Assembly (NCBI GenBank): GCA_000004695.1
Contig: CM000153.2
Coordinates: 3,552,001 to 3,616,000 of the forward strand
Source of the DNA: Dictyostelium discoideum
Lineage: Eukaryota
Length of the DNA stretch: 64,000 nucleotides
Direction: 5' to 3'
Both the position numbers and the translations under genes were made by a program. Position 1 is the first letter of the stretch, and every line of letters begins with the position of its first letter. Positions 41,584-54,324 of this stretch are shown here, in pieces. The notes below the pieces were generated by a model that did no database searches, had not been told where the DNA came from, and saw only the letters and a program-made list of their open reading frames with translations.

Positions 41584-43429
41584 TTATAAATTTATAAGAG
41601 TGAAATAAAATAATGGTAATATTAAATTATCTATTTGAGTAGTGGATGCTTCCATTAAAGAGCAAGAGGTTGAAGTGACAATTATTTTTAAAATTGAAGA
41701 GATTGTCAAGGAGGAACCACTTGCAGAACAAAACCAATAAAGCAATAAAGAGGCAATAATAGTAAAAATGGAACCAGCTACAGTGCCTTCAATTGATTTT
41801 TGTGAACCAAACCATTTATTTCTACCATATTTTACACCGAAATAAGAAGCCATTGTATCACCAATACCAATTGTTAATATACCAGAGAATGGTGATAAGA
41901 AATGATAAGAATTTGATTGGATGCCACTACTACCAAGATGAATTAAATCCATAAAGAAAGTTAAAAACAAAGGTATTGAACAGCCTAGTAATAGATAAAT
42001 ATGGGTAGTTGTAATTAGTCCAGAATCACGGTCATCCAAGAATCTGTCCATGTAATGTCTAATTGGTAATGCTAATGGTGGTGCAAGTGAGTATTTTAAT
42101 AGTTCCAATAATATTAAAGCACTAATGGAAACTGAATAGCTTAAGACCATGAATTTATACATATCATCGTCACCTTCCAATAGTAGTGGTGGAGTAAACA
42201 TCACTATTGCCAGTATATGAAAATACTTTCTAGAGATAATCATTGGTATACTAGAATGAATGGTTGGTTGATATGAAAATATAGTGAATACCAATAATAC
42301 CATCCATAATCCAATTGTATACTTTATTCTATCACTTGATCCAATATATTCAAATACCCAAATAAATGGATTCTCACCATTCAATTGATATGATAATACT
42401 GGATAAATAATACCAACTATTATAAAAATTACTAAAAAATAAAATAAACTACTCTTTATTATTATATTCTTTATTAAATTATTATTATTATTATTATTAT
42501 TATAATCTGTCATTAATTTTCTTAAACTTTTTGCAACATTAAATAAACTATTTAAAAAAACAATAAATAATGAACCAACTATTAAACTATAAAAACAATA
42601 TAATATATTTATTCTAGAAAATTTATTAATACTATTATCATTATTATTATTATTATTATTGTTATTAATAAATAAATTATAAAAATATCTAATTGATTCT
42701 GATAATAGTATAGTAATAATTTGAGAAATAATTGAAGCTTCTCCTATTGTAAAACTATTTGGTAATTTATAGAGTAATTGTTTTGTTATTACTAAAAATA
42801 TAAAACTTAATAAAAATAAAAATAATGTTAACTTTAAATTATTAAAATTAATTTCATTGTCAAAGAATATTGTAAAAGAGATTATTAAAGTGATTAAAAA
42901 TATTATTATGAAATTTGTATATTCTTTTTTTGTTAAAGAAGGTTGGTGTGATGATGATGACGAAGGCTTCCATATTTTTGAATTTCTATATGTATTTATA
43001 TGATTAAATAAAAATAGTGGTGATATTATTGATAATGAAATTTGATATAATGATATTATTGTGAAATAGTTATTATTATTATTATTATTATTGTTATTTA
43101 ATGTTAATAAAATAACTAATAATATATTAGGTATTAATGATATTCCTAAACCTAATCCCCAATCTGATTGTTGTCTTTCTACTAATAATTTATTATCATC
43201 ATTATTATTTTTATGAGATCTTGAATGTAAATTTTTAGATGTAAAATTAAATTTAATAAAAAATTGATAACAAATGTTGATGGTGGTAGATAAAATTAAG
43301 AAACTATTTTTATAAAAATTTTCAATCAAGCTAATTTCATTGTTTTTATTAATGGTATTATATAATAATATTATTGATACTAATACTTGAAAAATGAATT
43401 CAAGTTTGCTATTATTATTATTATTTTTA

Positions 43430-43465
<36 letters not shown>

Positions 43466-43491
43466 GGGTTTCCTTTGACCTCAGAGAACAT
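41584..43491 (-). CDS. Dolichol kinase (SEC59/DOLK-like polytopic CTP-dependent kinase), 635 aa, apparently a single exon.
   Basis: A multi-pass hydrophobic protein whose C-terminus, ...GILTIGIGDTMASYFGVKYGRNKWFGSQKSIEGTVAGSIFTIIASLLLYWF, carries the dolichol kinase catalytic motif GDTMASxxGxxYGRxxW...KSxEGTxA. Poly-Asn insertions are typical of Dictyostelium. Confidence 0.65.
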
Positions 43492-43502
43492 TTTTAGTTA
43501 GC

Positions 43503-43541
<39 letters not shown>

Positions 43542-43688
43542 CTTTTTTTTATTTTTTGCGAATTTCAGTGAAAAAAAAAAAAAAAGATTGGTAATACAAA
43601 AAACCTAGCTTACGGTCTAAAAGGAAAGTGTAGGAATTAAACATAAAAAAAATAGGTAATACAAACAAAATAACATTTTTATTTTTTT

Positions 43689-43720
<32 letters not shown>

Positions 43721-44206
43721 AGAAATAATATCTTTTTTTTTATATGAAAACACATGGTTAGGATTAATATTTTTTATTTTTTTATTTTTGTTTTTTTTTT
43801 TTTTTTTTGTCCAATAAATAAAAATGGTTTAAAATTTTTTTTTTTTTTAAACAAAAAGATAAGATTTTTTGATGTGATTTCATATTTGGATTTTTTTTTT
43901 TTCCCTCAAAAAGAATGGTGTTGGACAATTTTAAATGATTTCTATTTGACAGTTTTTGTTTTTTCTTTATTATACATAAAAAAAAAAAAAAAAAAAACTT
44001 ATTTTAAAAATCTAATCTCTGATAATATTTATTTAGGTTTTTGGGATAATTTATTTTGACTCCTTTTTATTTTTAAATATGATGAATAAAATTTTTTTTT
44101 TTTTTTGTTATGTCTTTTCTTTAATATTACATTATAAAAAAAAAAAAAAAAAAAAAAAAATAAAAGAAAGTAAAATAAAATAAATAATTATAAAATTTTT
44201 GATAAA

Positions 44207-44870
44207 ATGGGATATAAAGCAATAAAATTAGATGAATTTACATCAAATGAAACAATAAATAAAGCCATATTAGGATTATCAATAATTAGGTTATTTATTT
44301 TTTTAATATTTTTTATTTTATCTCTAAACCAAACTTTAAAAGAAATTAAAATTGAAAAAGAGAAATCAAAAAAATTTTATTTAAAAAATGCTAGAATTTA
44401 TTCATATGTCACAATTACATTATTTTCTTTAAGTAATATATTTTTTTTTTTATTTAATTATTTTTAAAACTATTTATTTATTTATTTTATATTTTTTTTT
44501 TATTTTTTTATTTTTTTTAAAATTAATTTTGGGAAATAAAAAAGTGAGAATGGCAATGATTGGAGTCTTTTTTTATGATAAATCAATTTATAATGGTTCA
44601 GTATGGTCAGCTATGAGTATTTGGGGTACGTTATTTCAATACTTACTTTGGGTATCAATTGCAGGATATTGGATGTCATTATTATATTCTTTTTTTTTAA
44701 GTAAGAATGTTGTAGCTAAAAATATAAATGCTGCTTGGAATGCTACATATTTAATTGGATTAGTTTTAATAATTTGGACTATTTCACAAACTATTTGTAA
44801 TTTTTATTATGTTAAATTAATGGTAAATTTTATTATAAATTAATAAACTAAAATTAATTAATTTATTAAA

Positions 44871-44901
<31 letters not shown>

Positions 44902-45379
44902 AATTTAGAATTTAATTTATGGTCCTGTTCAAGTTGTAATTATTAGTGGTATTGGTACATTTTATATAATAAATGGTTTTATATTAGTAAGAGGTATGAA
45001 AAGTCATGAAATGAATGGTAGTAAAATTGAAAAGTTAAAAGAACAATATAAAAGGGTTATTAGATTATGTATTTTATTATTTTTATTTGTTATTTTGGCA
45101 CTTGTATTATATTTAATACAATATCAAATTTTAAAACTTGAAGACTATGATAAAGAGAATTATATATTTTATATGTTTGTTTGTTTTTTAGAATTCTCTC
45201 AACTATTAATTATTATGTATTCTTTGGGTGGTGATAGTTTTAAAAATTATTTTATATTATATTCATTCAGTCCAATTCAAACAAAAAATGTAAATTATGG
45301 AATTAGTTCAAATATCTCTACAGCATCATCAACATCTTCTTCTTCAAAAAATGAAATTGAATTAAAAGTAAATGATTAA
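44207..45379 (+). CDS. Seven-transmembrane (GPCR-like) membrane protein, paralog 3. Exons about 44207-44436, 44554-44822 and 44909-45379, one intron fewer than paralogs 1 and 2.
   Basis: MGYKAIKLDEFTSNETINKAILGLSIIRLFIFLIFFILSLNQTLKEIKIEKEKSKKFYLKNARIYSYVTITLFSL|(M)RMAMIGVFFYDKSIYNGSVWSAMSIWGTLFQYLLWVSIAGYWMSLLYSFFLSKNVVAKNINAAWNATYLIGLVLIIWTISQTICNFYYVKLM|NLIYGPVQVVIISGIGTFYIINGFILVRGMKSHE...YIFYMFVCFLEFSQLLIIMYSLGGDSFKNYF... The junction W|VFIAGYW, which is split by an intron in the other two paralogs, is continuous here. Confidence 0.6.
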
Positions 45380-45714
45380 AAAAAAAAAAAAAAAAAACAG
45401 TGTTTTAATAGTATTATCTTTTTTTAAGGTTATAAATTTTTTATTTATTTATCTTTTAATTGCCTATCAATTTTAACATAATAAAAAAAAAAAAAAAATA
45501 TATATACATAAAAAAATATAAAAAAGTAATTTTAAAATAACACTTTTTGTCAAAAATAAAATTAACATAATGCACTGTTGAGGTTGAAAATAAAAAATGA
45601 AATTAAAAAAACATTTTTTATTTTTTTATTTTTTTTATTTTTATTTTTTATTTTTTTTTTAATTTTTTTTTTTTTTTTTTTTTTTTTCATTAAACACCCA
45701 CCAACCTGATTGCC

Positions 45715-45897
45715 ATGATTAAAAATTTATTGTTTTCAAAAAATAATAAAAATACATTATTATTTTTATCATCGCCATTGTCATTAAAAAATAAATCTAT
45801 AACACCAATAATTTATAAAAATTATTTTTCAACAAAATTTATAAGCTATAAAAATGAATCACCAAAGTTAAAACCATTCTTTCCTAAAAATAATCAA

Positions 45898-45959
<62 letters not shown>

Positions 45960-48552
45960 TAATAACATTAATATAAATAATAATAATGATAGTAATAATA
46001 ATAACTCAAACCTTGAAAGTCCTTATTTTTTTTCAAAAAATGTTGATTTTACTTCCGAAATACCTGATTTTCTATCAAAAAAGTAAGTAAATTATTATTA
46101 TTATTTTTTTTTTAAAAAAAATATATATATATCTAAATATTTTTATTTTTATTATTATTATTATTATTATTAATATTATTATAGAGCTGTTAAAATAGTA
46201 ACAAATATTTTAAATTGTTCAGATATTGAATATATAAAAGAAGATATATGGTCATTACATTTATTAAAAATAAAACATTATTTAAGAATGCATTCAGTAT
46301 TTCAAAGATTATTTGAAAATATTGAAAATTCAACGAAAATGTTTGCGACAGATGAATCAAAAAAGAAAGAAGAGCTTCTTGAAGAAATAATGGATTATTT
46401 ATTTAGTAAAGATGAATTTAAAAATGATTTAGTCAATTGTTATTTTTATTCAATTGTAAATTATGATCTTGCTGGAAAGAATAAAATGGTGATTAAAATC
46501 TTTGAAAAAGTAATGAAAAAACAAAATTACAAAAAAAAGGATTTTATTACAAATGAAACCATAAAAGTTTTATTAGAATTTCGTCGTATTGATTTAGCTA
46601 TAAAAGTTTATAGATCTCGTTTTACTGAATTCGATATTGGTATAAACATGGATACCGTACTAGTATTCACAAATTATTTCGAAAAAAAACTAAAATATAA
46701 ATGGGCAAAAGTTTGGGGAAACCAAGATAGAGTAAAATATGAAGAGACCTATAATAAGAGATTAAATAAAAAAACAATTCGACCAATTAGAACTGACGCT
46801 TACCCAAGATTAGAAACGATCTATAAAGAGATTTATAGTTTCATTAATAATGAACTACCATCAACTATACCATGTGAACAACCGAATCCATTAAAAGGAC
46901 CAGACACTGATAGATATAGTGAAGAATATAAACAAGCTCAAAAAGAATTGAATATTAGTCTATTAAGAATTGATGCATTTGGTATTGTTAAAGTATTAGA
47001 CAGTTACTTTTTTAAATATGATCAGATTCCACACTTCAATACATTATTTATTTCATTTCAAGTCGTTAGTGACCATTATGGTGTTTATTGGATTGAACAA
47101 TTTAGAAATATGCCAAAATATATTTTTGATATTGTAAATTTTGGTAATGATGATAATCCACAATACCAACAAAAAAAAGAAAAACGACAACTAGAACGAC
47201 AACAACTAGAAGAACAACAACAACAAGAACAACAAGAACAACAAGAACAACAAGAACAACAAGAACCAAATGAACAAAATAATGAACAACAAATTCAAGA
47301 AAAAGAAAAAGAAAAAGAACAAGAAAAAGAAGAATTTTTAAATAATGAATTGGTACCAAATGAAAATGAATTGTTAGAAATTTTTAAAAAATTATTATCT
47401 CAACCAAAATTTGAATATCCAATTAGATTATTTAAAATGGTATCAGATTTGAAAATAGAGGTGAAATTTACAGATATGATAATTCATCAATTCTTGGGTT
47501 ATTTGAGATTTTATTATAATCAAATTAATCAACCAAGTTTAATTGAAGATTTATTTGAAAATCTTCAATATTATTCAACTACAGTTGGATATAATAATTT
47601 ATTATTAAATCATTTATTTGAAAATTTGAGAGCCATTGAAACCTCTGAAGAATATGAATCAACTTTGGATAGTTTATTAGATTTTTATTATAAAATTCCA
47701 AGAAAGGATTATGCTACCTTTGATATAATCTTGAGAATAGTTAATTTTAAAAATAGCATCTCACCTCATAGAACAAGTGCAGCCAAATTATACGGTAAAT
47801 TATTAATCAATGCTTCACTCTCGAATCAAACTGTTTTATTAAATAATAGAATCGTAAATTATCTAGTCGATTTCGTGCACGGAAACTTTGTTGAAGCTTT
47901 TATTGCTCAAGATCCAAACGTATGGAGAGATCTAGATACAGATATTGTCATTAAATATTTTAATCGTCTTCGTAGAACTGGTAAATTACAAAAAGTCTTG
48001 GAAAAGTTTAAGGAAAGAGAAATTTATTGCCCCTTTGTTGATCCAGAGTTATTCAATCTCATCTCTCATGCAAATAGAAATATTAAAGATCCTATAGTTT
48101 CAAATCTCTTATATATTCATTCTAAAAAGAATGCTGCCTTCTTTAAAAATAAACCTCAAGAAACAGTTCAACATAATGAAAAACATGATGATACAGTCCA
48201 ACAAGAAGAAGAAAAAGAAGATGATACAATTCAACATAAACAAACACATGATGATACAGTTCAACATAAAGAAAAAGATGATGATAAAGTTCAAGATGTT
48301 GATGATGATGATGTCATATTTGAATATGAAGATGATGATGCAATTCAATATGAAGAAGAAAAAGAAGAAGGTGATGATGCACTTCAATATGAAGAATATG
48401 AAACAAATCAATATAAAGGTGAAATTTTCTTTGAAAATCCTCTCGATCAATATCTTTATCAAAAAAATAGAGAACCATTTACACCTTCACAAATTGAAAC
48501 TTTAGAAAAAATTTTATCAATTAAAGATTATAACCCAGGTTCAAAACTTTAA
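45715..48552 (+). CDS. Hypothetical protein of about 840 aa with an N-terminal mitochondrial-presequence-like region, an internal (QQE)n/EKE low-complexity block and an acidic C-terminal repeat. Exons about 45715-46082 and 46185-48552.
   Basis: ORFs 45715..46086 and 46288..48552 are joined by an intron with a GTAAGT donor at 46083 and an atag acceptor at 46181-46184, in phase 2 (AA|A). The junction gives ...DFLSKK AVKIVTNILNCSDIEYIKEDIWSLHLLKIKHYLRMHSVFQRLF... Confidence 0.5.
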
Positions 48553-48763
48553 ATAAATAAATAATAAATAAATAAAATAAAATAAAATAAAATAAAATAA
48601 AATAAAATAAATAAATTATAATAATAAAATACCAAAAAAAAAAATAATATTTATTTTATAATTAATTTTATTTTGGTTTTTTTTTTTATTTTATTTTTAA
48701 TCATGGATGGATCTAATGATTTTAGTTTTATTTAAATTATTTTTTTTTTTTTTATTTATTTAT

Positions 48764-50423
48764 TTATTGGCAATAGTATTTAAGTAAAGGTTTATCAAGT
48801 GGTAAAAATTTATAGTCATGGGCTGTCATTAAAAGTTTAAGACTTTCTGGTGCCATATCATGTGTAAATGGATTGATTGTTTCACCTATTACGATATGGT
48901 TGATTGAATTTGGAAAAAGATCTTTGGATAATGGAAATTTATAAACAAGAAGTTCAAAAAACTCTAGTTCACTTGGGATTGATTCTTTAGTAAGTTTTTG
49001 GTCAATATCCTCTATTTTTAAATGACTCAATGATTCAGGATATTTAAATTTTGGATCCAGTTTCACTTTTATTAGAGATAATGAAAATATTGATTTTGGT
49101 AATTGATCATTTCCAATAACTTGAGAAACATTGCAAAGTACCAATTTATGAATACCATCAGTTGGGAAAAAGCTTGAATCAAATGGAAAATCTAAATTTT
49201 TTAAAGTTAACTCTCTGATTGAGCAATTTGATTTTGGCAAGGAAGTTTTATTAAAAATATGAGATTTGATACCATTAACAGTTAAACATCTAACATTACA
49301 AAATATATCTGGAGTAAGTTTATGGTTATAACCTCTTTCAAAATATAAATGTTGAACACTGATAGATGGCATTATATCTTTAGTAACAGCAAAATCTACC
49401 TGGCCAAAAACCATTTCCCGCACTTGTAAACCATATGAAAAGGGTGAAATTTTATGAGAGTATCCATTAAAAAACCTAACCTTTTCACCAAAGAAAATAT
49501 CTGGTACTGGATGGACAATATTACCAATTCCAACCGATCTTTCATAGTTATCAATCATCCAAGCATTCAATTTATGTTTGTACCCCCATCCAATATTTAC
49601 ACGATAATCTGTTGGTAAATCTTTAAATAGTTCTTTTGTAATTGGTTTGGAAATGTTTAGAATATTTATATCATGCTTTAGAGTACAAAATCCAAGTGGT
49701 GGAAACAATTTACTAATAACATTGAATTTGTAACCCTCACAAAAATAAATGCCTTTTGGGGAAATTGGTGGGTAAATTTTAAAAGGAGGTCTTAAACTAT
49801 TTTCATCCAAGGTGAATTTTGTTTTTATTATTAACAAAGAATCCAAATTGTCTATTATACTTTCATTTGTAATTTGATGAGAATAATTACCATCAAACAA
49901 TAAAGTTTTTATTGTGCCTTTTTCTAATAATTCTTTATTCAAAGGATAACCCATATCACCACCAACACCCAATTGATAAACGAAAGGTTGAACTATTTCC
50001 TTTGTAACTTGATTTTTATAGCCATTGAAACCCATAAATTTAATAGTATTTGGTATACTTTCACTGGTTAGTGCATAGGTAATATTAAAAAATATAGCAC
50101 CAATAACTGAACTTGGAATCATTTCTTTTTTAATATAATGTGCATAACCATCCAAAAAATAAATAAATTTAACATTTTTGTGAAAATTTATTTCATTCAA
50201 ATTTGGACTTTCACTTGATAATGCAACTCTTTCAAATGATTGTGGAACAACACCACCTTTTGTTAAATAAATAAAATCATCTTTTTCTATTAATTTTTAA
50301 AAAAATTAATATTATTAATATTTAAATCAATTTTTTTCCAAAAAATAAAAATTTAAAAACAAATCAATACAAACCTAAAAACAATTTTTCAGGAATAAAA
50401 AAATTATTATTAATCAAACTCAT
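48764..50423 (-). CDS. FNIP-repeat protein of the Dictyostelium FNIP repeat family. Minus-strand exons about 50423-50375 and 50286-48764.
   Basis: Repeated ~22-aa units with the F(N/D)GY..(H/N)Q(I/V/L) signature (KFMGFNGYKNQV, LLFDGNYSHQI, IYFCEGYKFNV, VRFFNGYSHKI, LYFERGYNHKL). The ORF-track M at 50200 is internal. The ORF continues upstream to the acceptor at 50287-50288 (...EKDDFIYLTKGGVVPQSFERVALSSESPNLNEINFH). A 49-nt first exon, ATGAGTTTGATTAATAATAATTTTTTTATTCCTGAAAAATTGTTTTTAG|gtttgt, joins in phase 1. Confidence 0.7.
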
Positions 50424-50865
50424 TTTTGAAATTATTATTCAAATAAAATGGATTTAAATTAAAAAATTAATAACAAATAATATTTAATAAAAATTAATAA
50501 TAATAATAATAATAATAATAAAAATAATAATAAAAATAATAAAAAAAAAATAAAAAAAAAAAAAAAAATTAAATAATTATAAATCAAAATTTAATAATAT
50601 AATTATTAATGGGCAATATAGATGATCATATACTAAATGGTGAGCAATTTATGATGATAATGAATAACAGTTTCCCAATGAGTAAAAATTTTAACGAGAT
50701 TTGGGGTGGATAATTTTTGTGATGTGGGCCAATAATTAATCAAATAATTTCTCATAAAATTATTAAAAATTATTCCAAATTTATTTAATAAATTTTTACC
50801 ACACCACTTTTGTATTTTTTTTTTTGTTGAATAGAAAAAAAAAAAAAAACAAATTAATAATACTT

Positions 50866-51000
50866 TTTTTTTTTTTTATGTATCGAAATATATAAATACC
50901 AAAAAAAAAAACAGTCACCACATGTGTAATTTTTTTTTTTTTTTTTTTTTTTATGTATCGAAATATATAAATACCAAAATAAAAAAACAGTCACCACATG
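50866..51000. repeat. Two-copy tandem duplication of a ~68-bp unit (T-run atgtatcgaaatatataaataccaaaa(n)acagtcaccacatgt) in the intergenic region between divergent genes.
   Basis: 50866-50930 is nearly identical to 50935-51000. Confidence 0.8.
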
Positions 51001-51408
51001 TTGTTGTTGGGCAATTATTTTATTGATATTCAAATATTGAATTAAAAATTTATTATTGCAAATAGTTTTTTTCATCTTGATAACAGATTTGGAAACTACA
51101 AACACTCGAGTTCTTTTTTCAAATTGGGGAGAAAAGAGTAAAAAAATAAAAATAAAAAAAAAATAAAAATTAAATTAAATTTGGTGAAAGTTGTTTGTAC
51201 AATCGATTGTATATTGAGATGTAAAAGCACATTTGAATAAAAAAAAAAAATAAAAAAAATAAATAAAATTAATTATTTTAATTGTTTTTATTATATGCTT
51301 CTTATATTTTTTTTTGAGTATAAAAGAGTTTTCTTTTTTTTTATTTTTTTTTTATTTTATTTTTATTTATAGAATCAATAATAATAATAAATAAGTAAAA
51401 ATAAAAAA

Positions 51409-52797
51409 ATGAAATTAATAAATCTTGTAATTTATTTTTTTCTTTTTGGAATAGTATATTCTCAACCACCACAACCACACTATGGTGTATTTGAATTATC
51501 AGCATTACGTGGTGGAGAAAATAAACTTCTGTATAGGGGTGCCAATCTAAAAGCTTTTTCTCAAACACCAGCTAGACCAGGAGTGATTGTTACTTTTTTC
51601 AGATACAATGGAGGTATTGACATTTACTATTCCCATAGGATACAAATTGTTGCAAATCTTGAAGAGTCAGCGCGTGTAATGACCCAAACTCCAAATAATA
51701 TGGCTACTAGTGGTAGAATTGTTTCATATGCTTATCAAGAGATATCTACCCAGGTTTTCAATGGACTAAATGTTGGCAATTTGAATGCTCTAATCAATGG
51801 ACCCAATTTAGTAACACCAGCTGGGCCATTTATTCCACATGGAAGGTTGATTAATGTCCTTGCACTTTTGGCGAGATGGATTAGATTAAATTTTTCAACA
51901 AATATACAAATCATTGAATTCATTGATGATCATCCAAGTTTTCCAAAACCTTCTGAAAGCTATGATAGCAATGGTGGTGGCTCTGGAGTTTCCAATGATT
52001 TAGAACTTGCTTTTTACCAAAAGAATCCAAATGGTAACTATTATCTTGAGGAAAGAAAACATATTAATGAAGAATCTGACAATCCTGCAGGATTATTGGG
52101 ATTAGTTAGTGAAGGTATTAAAGAGGCTGCCAACGGTGTTAAAGTCACTGGTGTAAATATTTGGAATAAAGCCAAAAGTATTTTCAGCCATGGTAAAGAA
52201 GCTGCCAGTAGTAAAACAAGTGCTGCCGTTGTAAAAGTTGAAAATGAAGGTAAAGCAGTTGTCAAAGCTGGTGAATCCGTTGTAAGTACTGTGAAAAATG
52301 ATGGTAAGGCAGTTGTCAATGCTGGCGAATCTGTTGTAACCTCTGTGAAAAATGAAGGTAAGGCAGTTGTCAATGCTGGTGAATCCGTTGTAACCTCTGT
52401 AAAAAATAATGGTAAGGCAGTTGTCAATGCTGGTGAATCCGTTGTAACCTCTGTGAAAAATGAAGGTAAGGCAGTTGTCAATGCTGGTGGATCTGTTGTA
52501 ACCTCTGTAAAAAATAATGGTAAGGCAGTTGTCAATGCTGGTGAAACTGTTGTTCAAACTGTGAAAAAAGAAGCCTCAGTCATTGTGAAAACTGGTGAAA
52601 CTGTTATTGATTCCACAAGAAAAGGAGGCGCTGCATTTGTTTCTGAAGGTGGTGCTGCAATTGCTGATATTGAAAAAAATGGTGCACAATTTGCAAGAGG
52701 TGTTGTAGAAATGGGTGAAGCAGCTGGTGATGTTGTTGAAGAAATGGCTGAAGTCTCAGCTGGTAGGTTAATAGTTGAAGTTCTTGAAATTGTATAA
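51409..52797 (+). CDS. Secreted protein of 462 aa. It has a signal peptide, an N-terminal ~190-aa globular domain of unknown function and a C-terminal array of about seven 20-aa tandem repeats (GKAVVNAGESVVTSVKNEGK).
   Basis: MKLINLVIYFFLFGIVYSQ signal. The repeats are encoded by a 60-bp minisatellite and are synuclein/LEA-like amphipathic Lys/Val/Gly-rich units. Confidence 0.65.
   Translation: MKLINLVIYFFLFGIVYSQPPQPHYGVFELSALRGGENKLLYRGANLKAFSQTPARPGVIVTFFRYNGGIDIYYSHRIQIVANLEESARVMTQTPNNMATSGRIVSYAYQEISTQVFNGLNVGNLNALINGPNLVTPAGPFIPHGRLINVLALLARWIRLNFSTNIQIIEFIDDHPSFPKPSESYDSNGGGSGVSNDLELAFYQKNPNGNYYLEERKHINEESDNPAGLLGLVSEGIKEAANGVKVTGVNIWNKAKSIFSHGKEAASSKTSAAVVKVENEGKAVVKAGESVVSTVKNDGKAVVNAGESVVTSVKNEGKAVVNAGESVVTSVKNNGKAVVNAGESVVTSVKNEGKAVVNAGGSVVTSVKNNGKAVVNAGETVVQTVKKEASVIVKTGETVIDSTRKGGAAFVSEGGAAIADIEKNGAQFARGVVEMGEAAGDVVEEMAEVSAGRLIVEVLEIV
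52225..52560. repeat. 60-bp coding minisatellite, about 5.5 near-identical units.
   Basis: gaaggtaaggcagttgtcaatgctggtgaatccgttgtaacctctgtgaaaaat repeated, with synonymous or near-synonymous changes (gaatcc/gaatct, aatgaa/aataat). Confidence 0.85.
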
Positions 52798-53126
52798 ATT
52801 TTTATTTATAAAAAAAAAAAAAAAAAAAAAAAAAAGTGTAAATAATAAAACTATATAAAAATTAAAAACCATTTTTTATAATTATAGTTTGATTTAATTA
52901 AATCAACTTGGTGGTTTAAGTATATTATAAAAATAGAAAAATTAAAATTATTTTTTTTTTTTTCCAAATCTTTTCATTTTCATTTTTTTTTTTTTTCATT
53001 TTTTTTTTTTTTTTTTTTTTTTTCAATTTTTATTTTATAATTAATTTCACCCACCAAACACTTCAACATATAATTATATATATATATAATATTTATTTAT
53101 AATTGTATATATATATAATAATAATA

Positions 53127-54231
53127 ATGATTAAATCAAGTGATCCATTAATTCCACCATTTAGATTTGCAATAGTTGAAGAAGGGTTATTAAGGGGATC
53201 ATATCCAACAGATAGAAATTTTCGATTTTTAAAGAGACTAAAGTTAAAGACGATTGTATCATTAACACCAAAGCCACCAACTAAATCATTTTATACATTT
53301 TGTGAAAGATATAATACCACCACGAAACATTTTACAGTTAGCAAATTTAAAGATGATGTGACATTATCAGCAGCACAAGTAGCACAATTATTGGAAATGA
53401 TGATCGAACCTAACAATTTACCAATGTATATTCATTGTTTAGATGGTGCAAATGTAACAGGTACAATATTTATGTGTTTAAGAAAACTTCAAAACTGGAA
53501 TCTTTCATCAATATTTCAAGAATTCACAAGATTCACTAGAGGTGGTACAATCGCATCTTCGGAGGCTGAATTTGTTGAAACTTTCAAGGCTGAAATCGAT
53601 GTTTGTCCACATATTCCACCTTGGTTATGGCAAGGTATTAGAATGGTTAAACATCCAACTTTAAAATTAAGATTAGTAGGTGGTGATCAACAACCTGCAC
53701 TTTTAGCTTTAAATAATAATTCCTCCTCTTCAACAACAAATCCCAATGCAACATCTACTATAACTAATCCTTCATCAATAAGTACATCATCTTTGCCAAG
53801 TTCTTCAACGAATACCCCAAATAGATCAACTGTTGATGATACTGGTAATTTATTACAAAAACTAATAGAATTAAATTTAAATAATCAAAATAGTAATGAA
53901 AGTGGTATGCAGCTTGAAAATAACGATGATAATAATAATAGTGATAATAATAATTATAATAATAATAGTAATAATAATAATAGTAATAATAATAATAGTA
54001 ATAATAATAGTGATACAATCGATTATAAAAATTTAAATAAACCATTAAAAATTAGTTCAGAAGAAAGCGAAAAAGAAAAGAATACAAATGAGTCATTCTC
54101 TTCAACAATATATACGGTATCATCAACTACAATAATTAATAATAACGATAATAATAAAAATATTGATAATAATGATGGTAATAATAGTAATGATAATGAT
54201 AATGATAATAGTAATAATAATAATAATAATG

Positions 54232-54324
<93 letters not shown>

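Noticed and set aside
52041-52557. Two overlapping minus-strand ORFs of about 150-160 aa
   Set aside because: Antisense translation of the 60-bp coding minisatellite. Their repeat periodicity mirrors the sense repeats.
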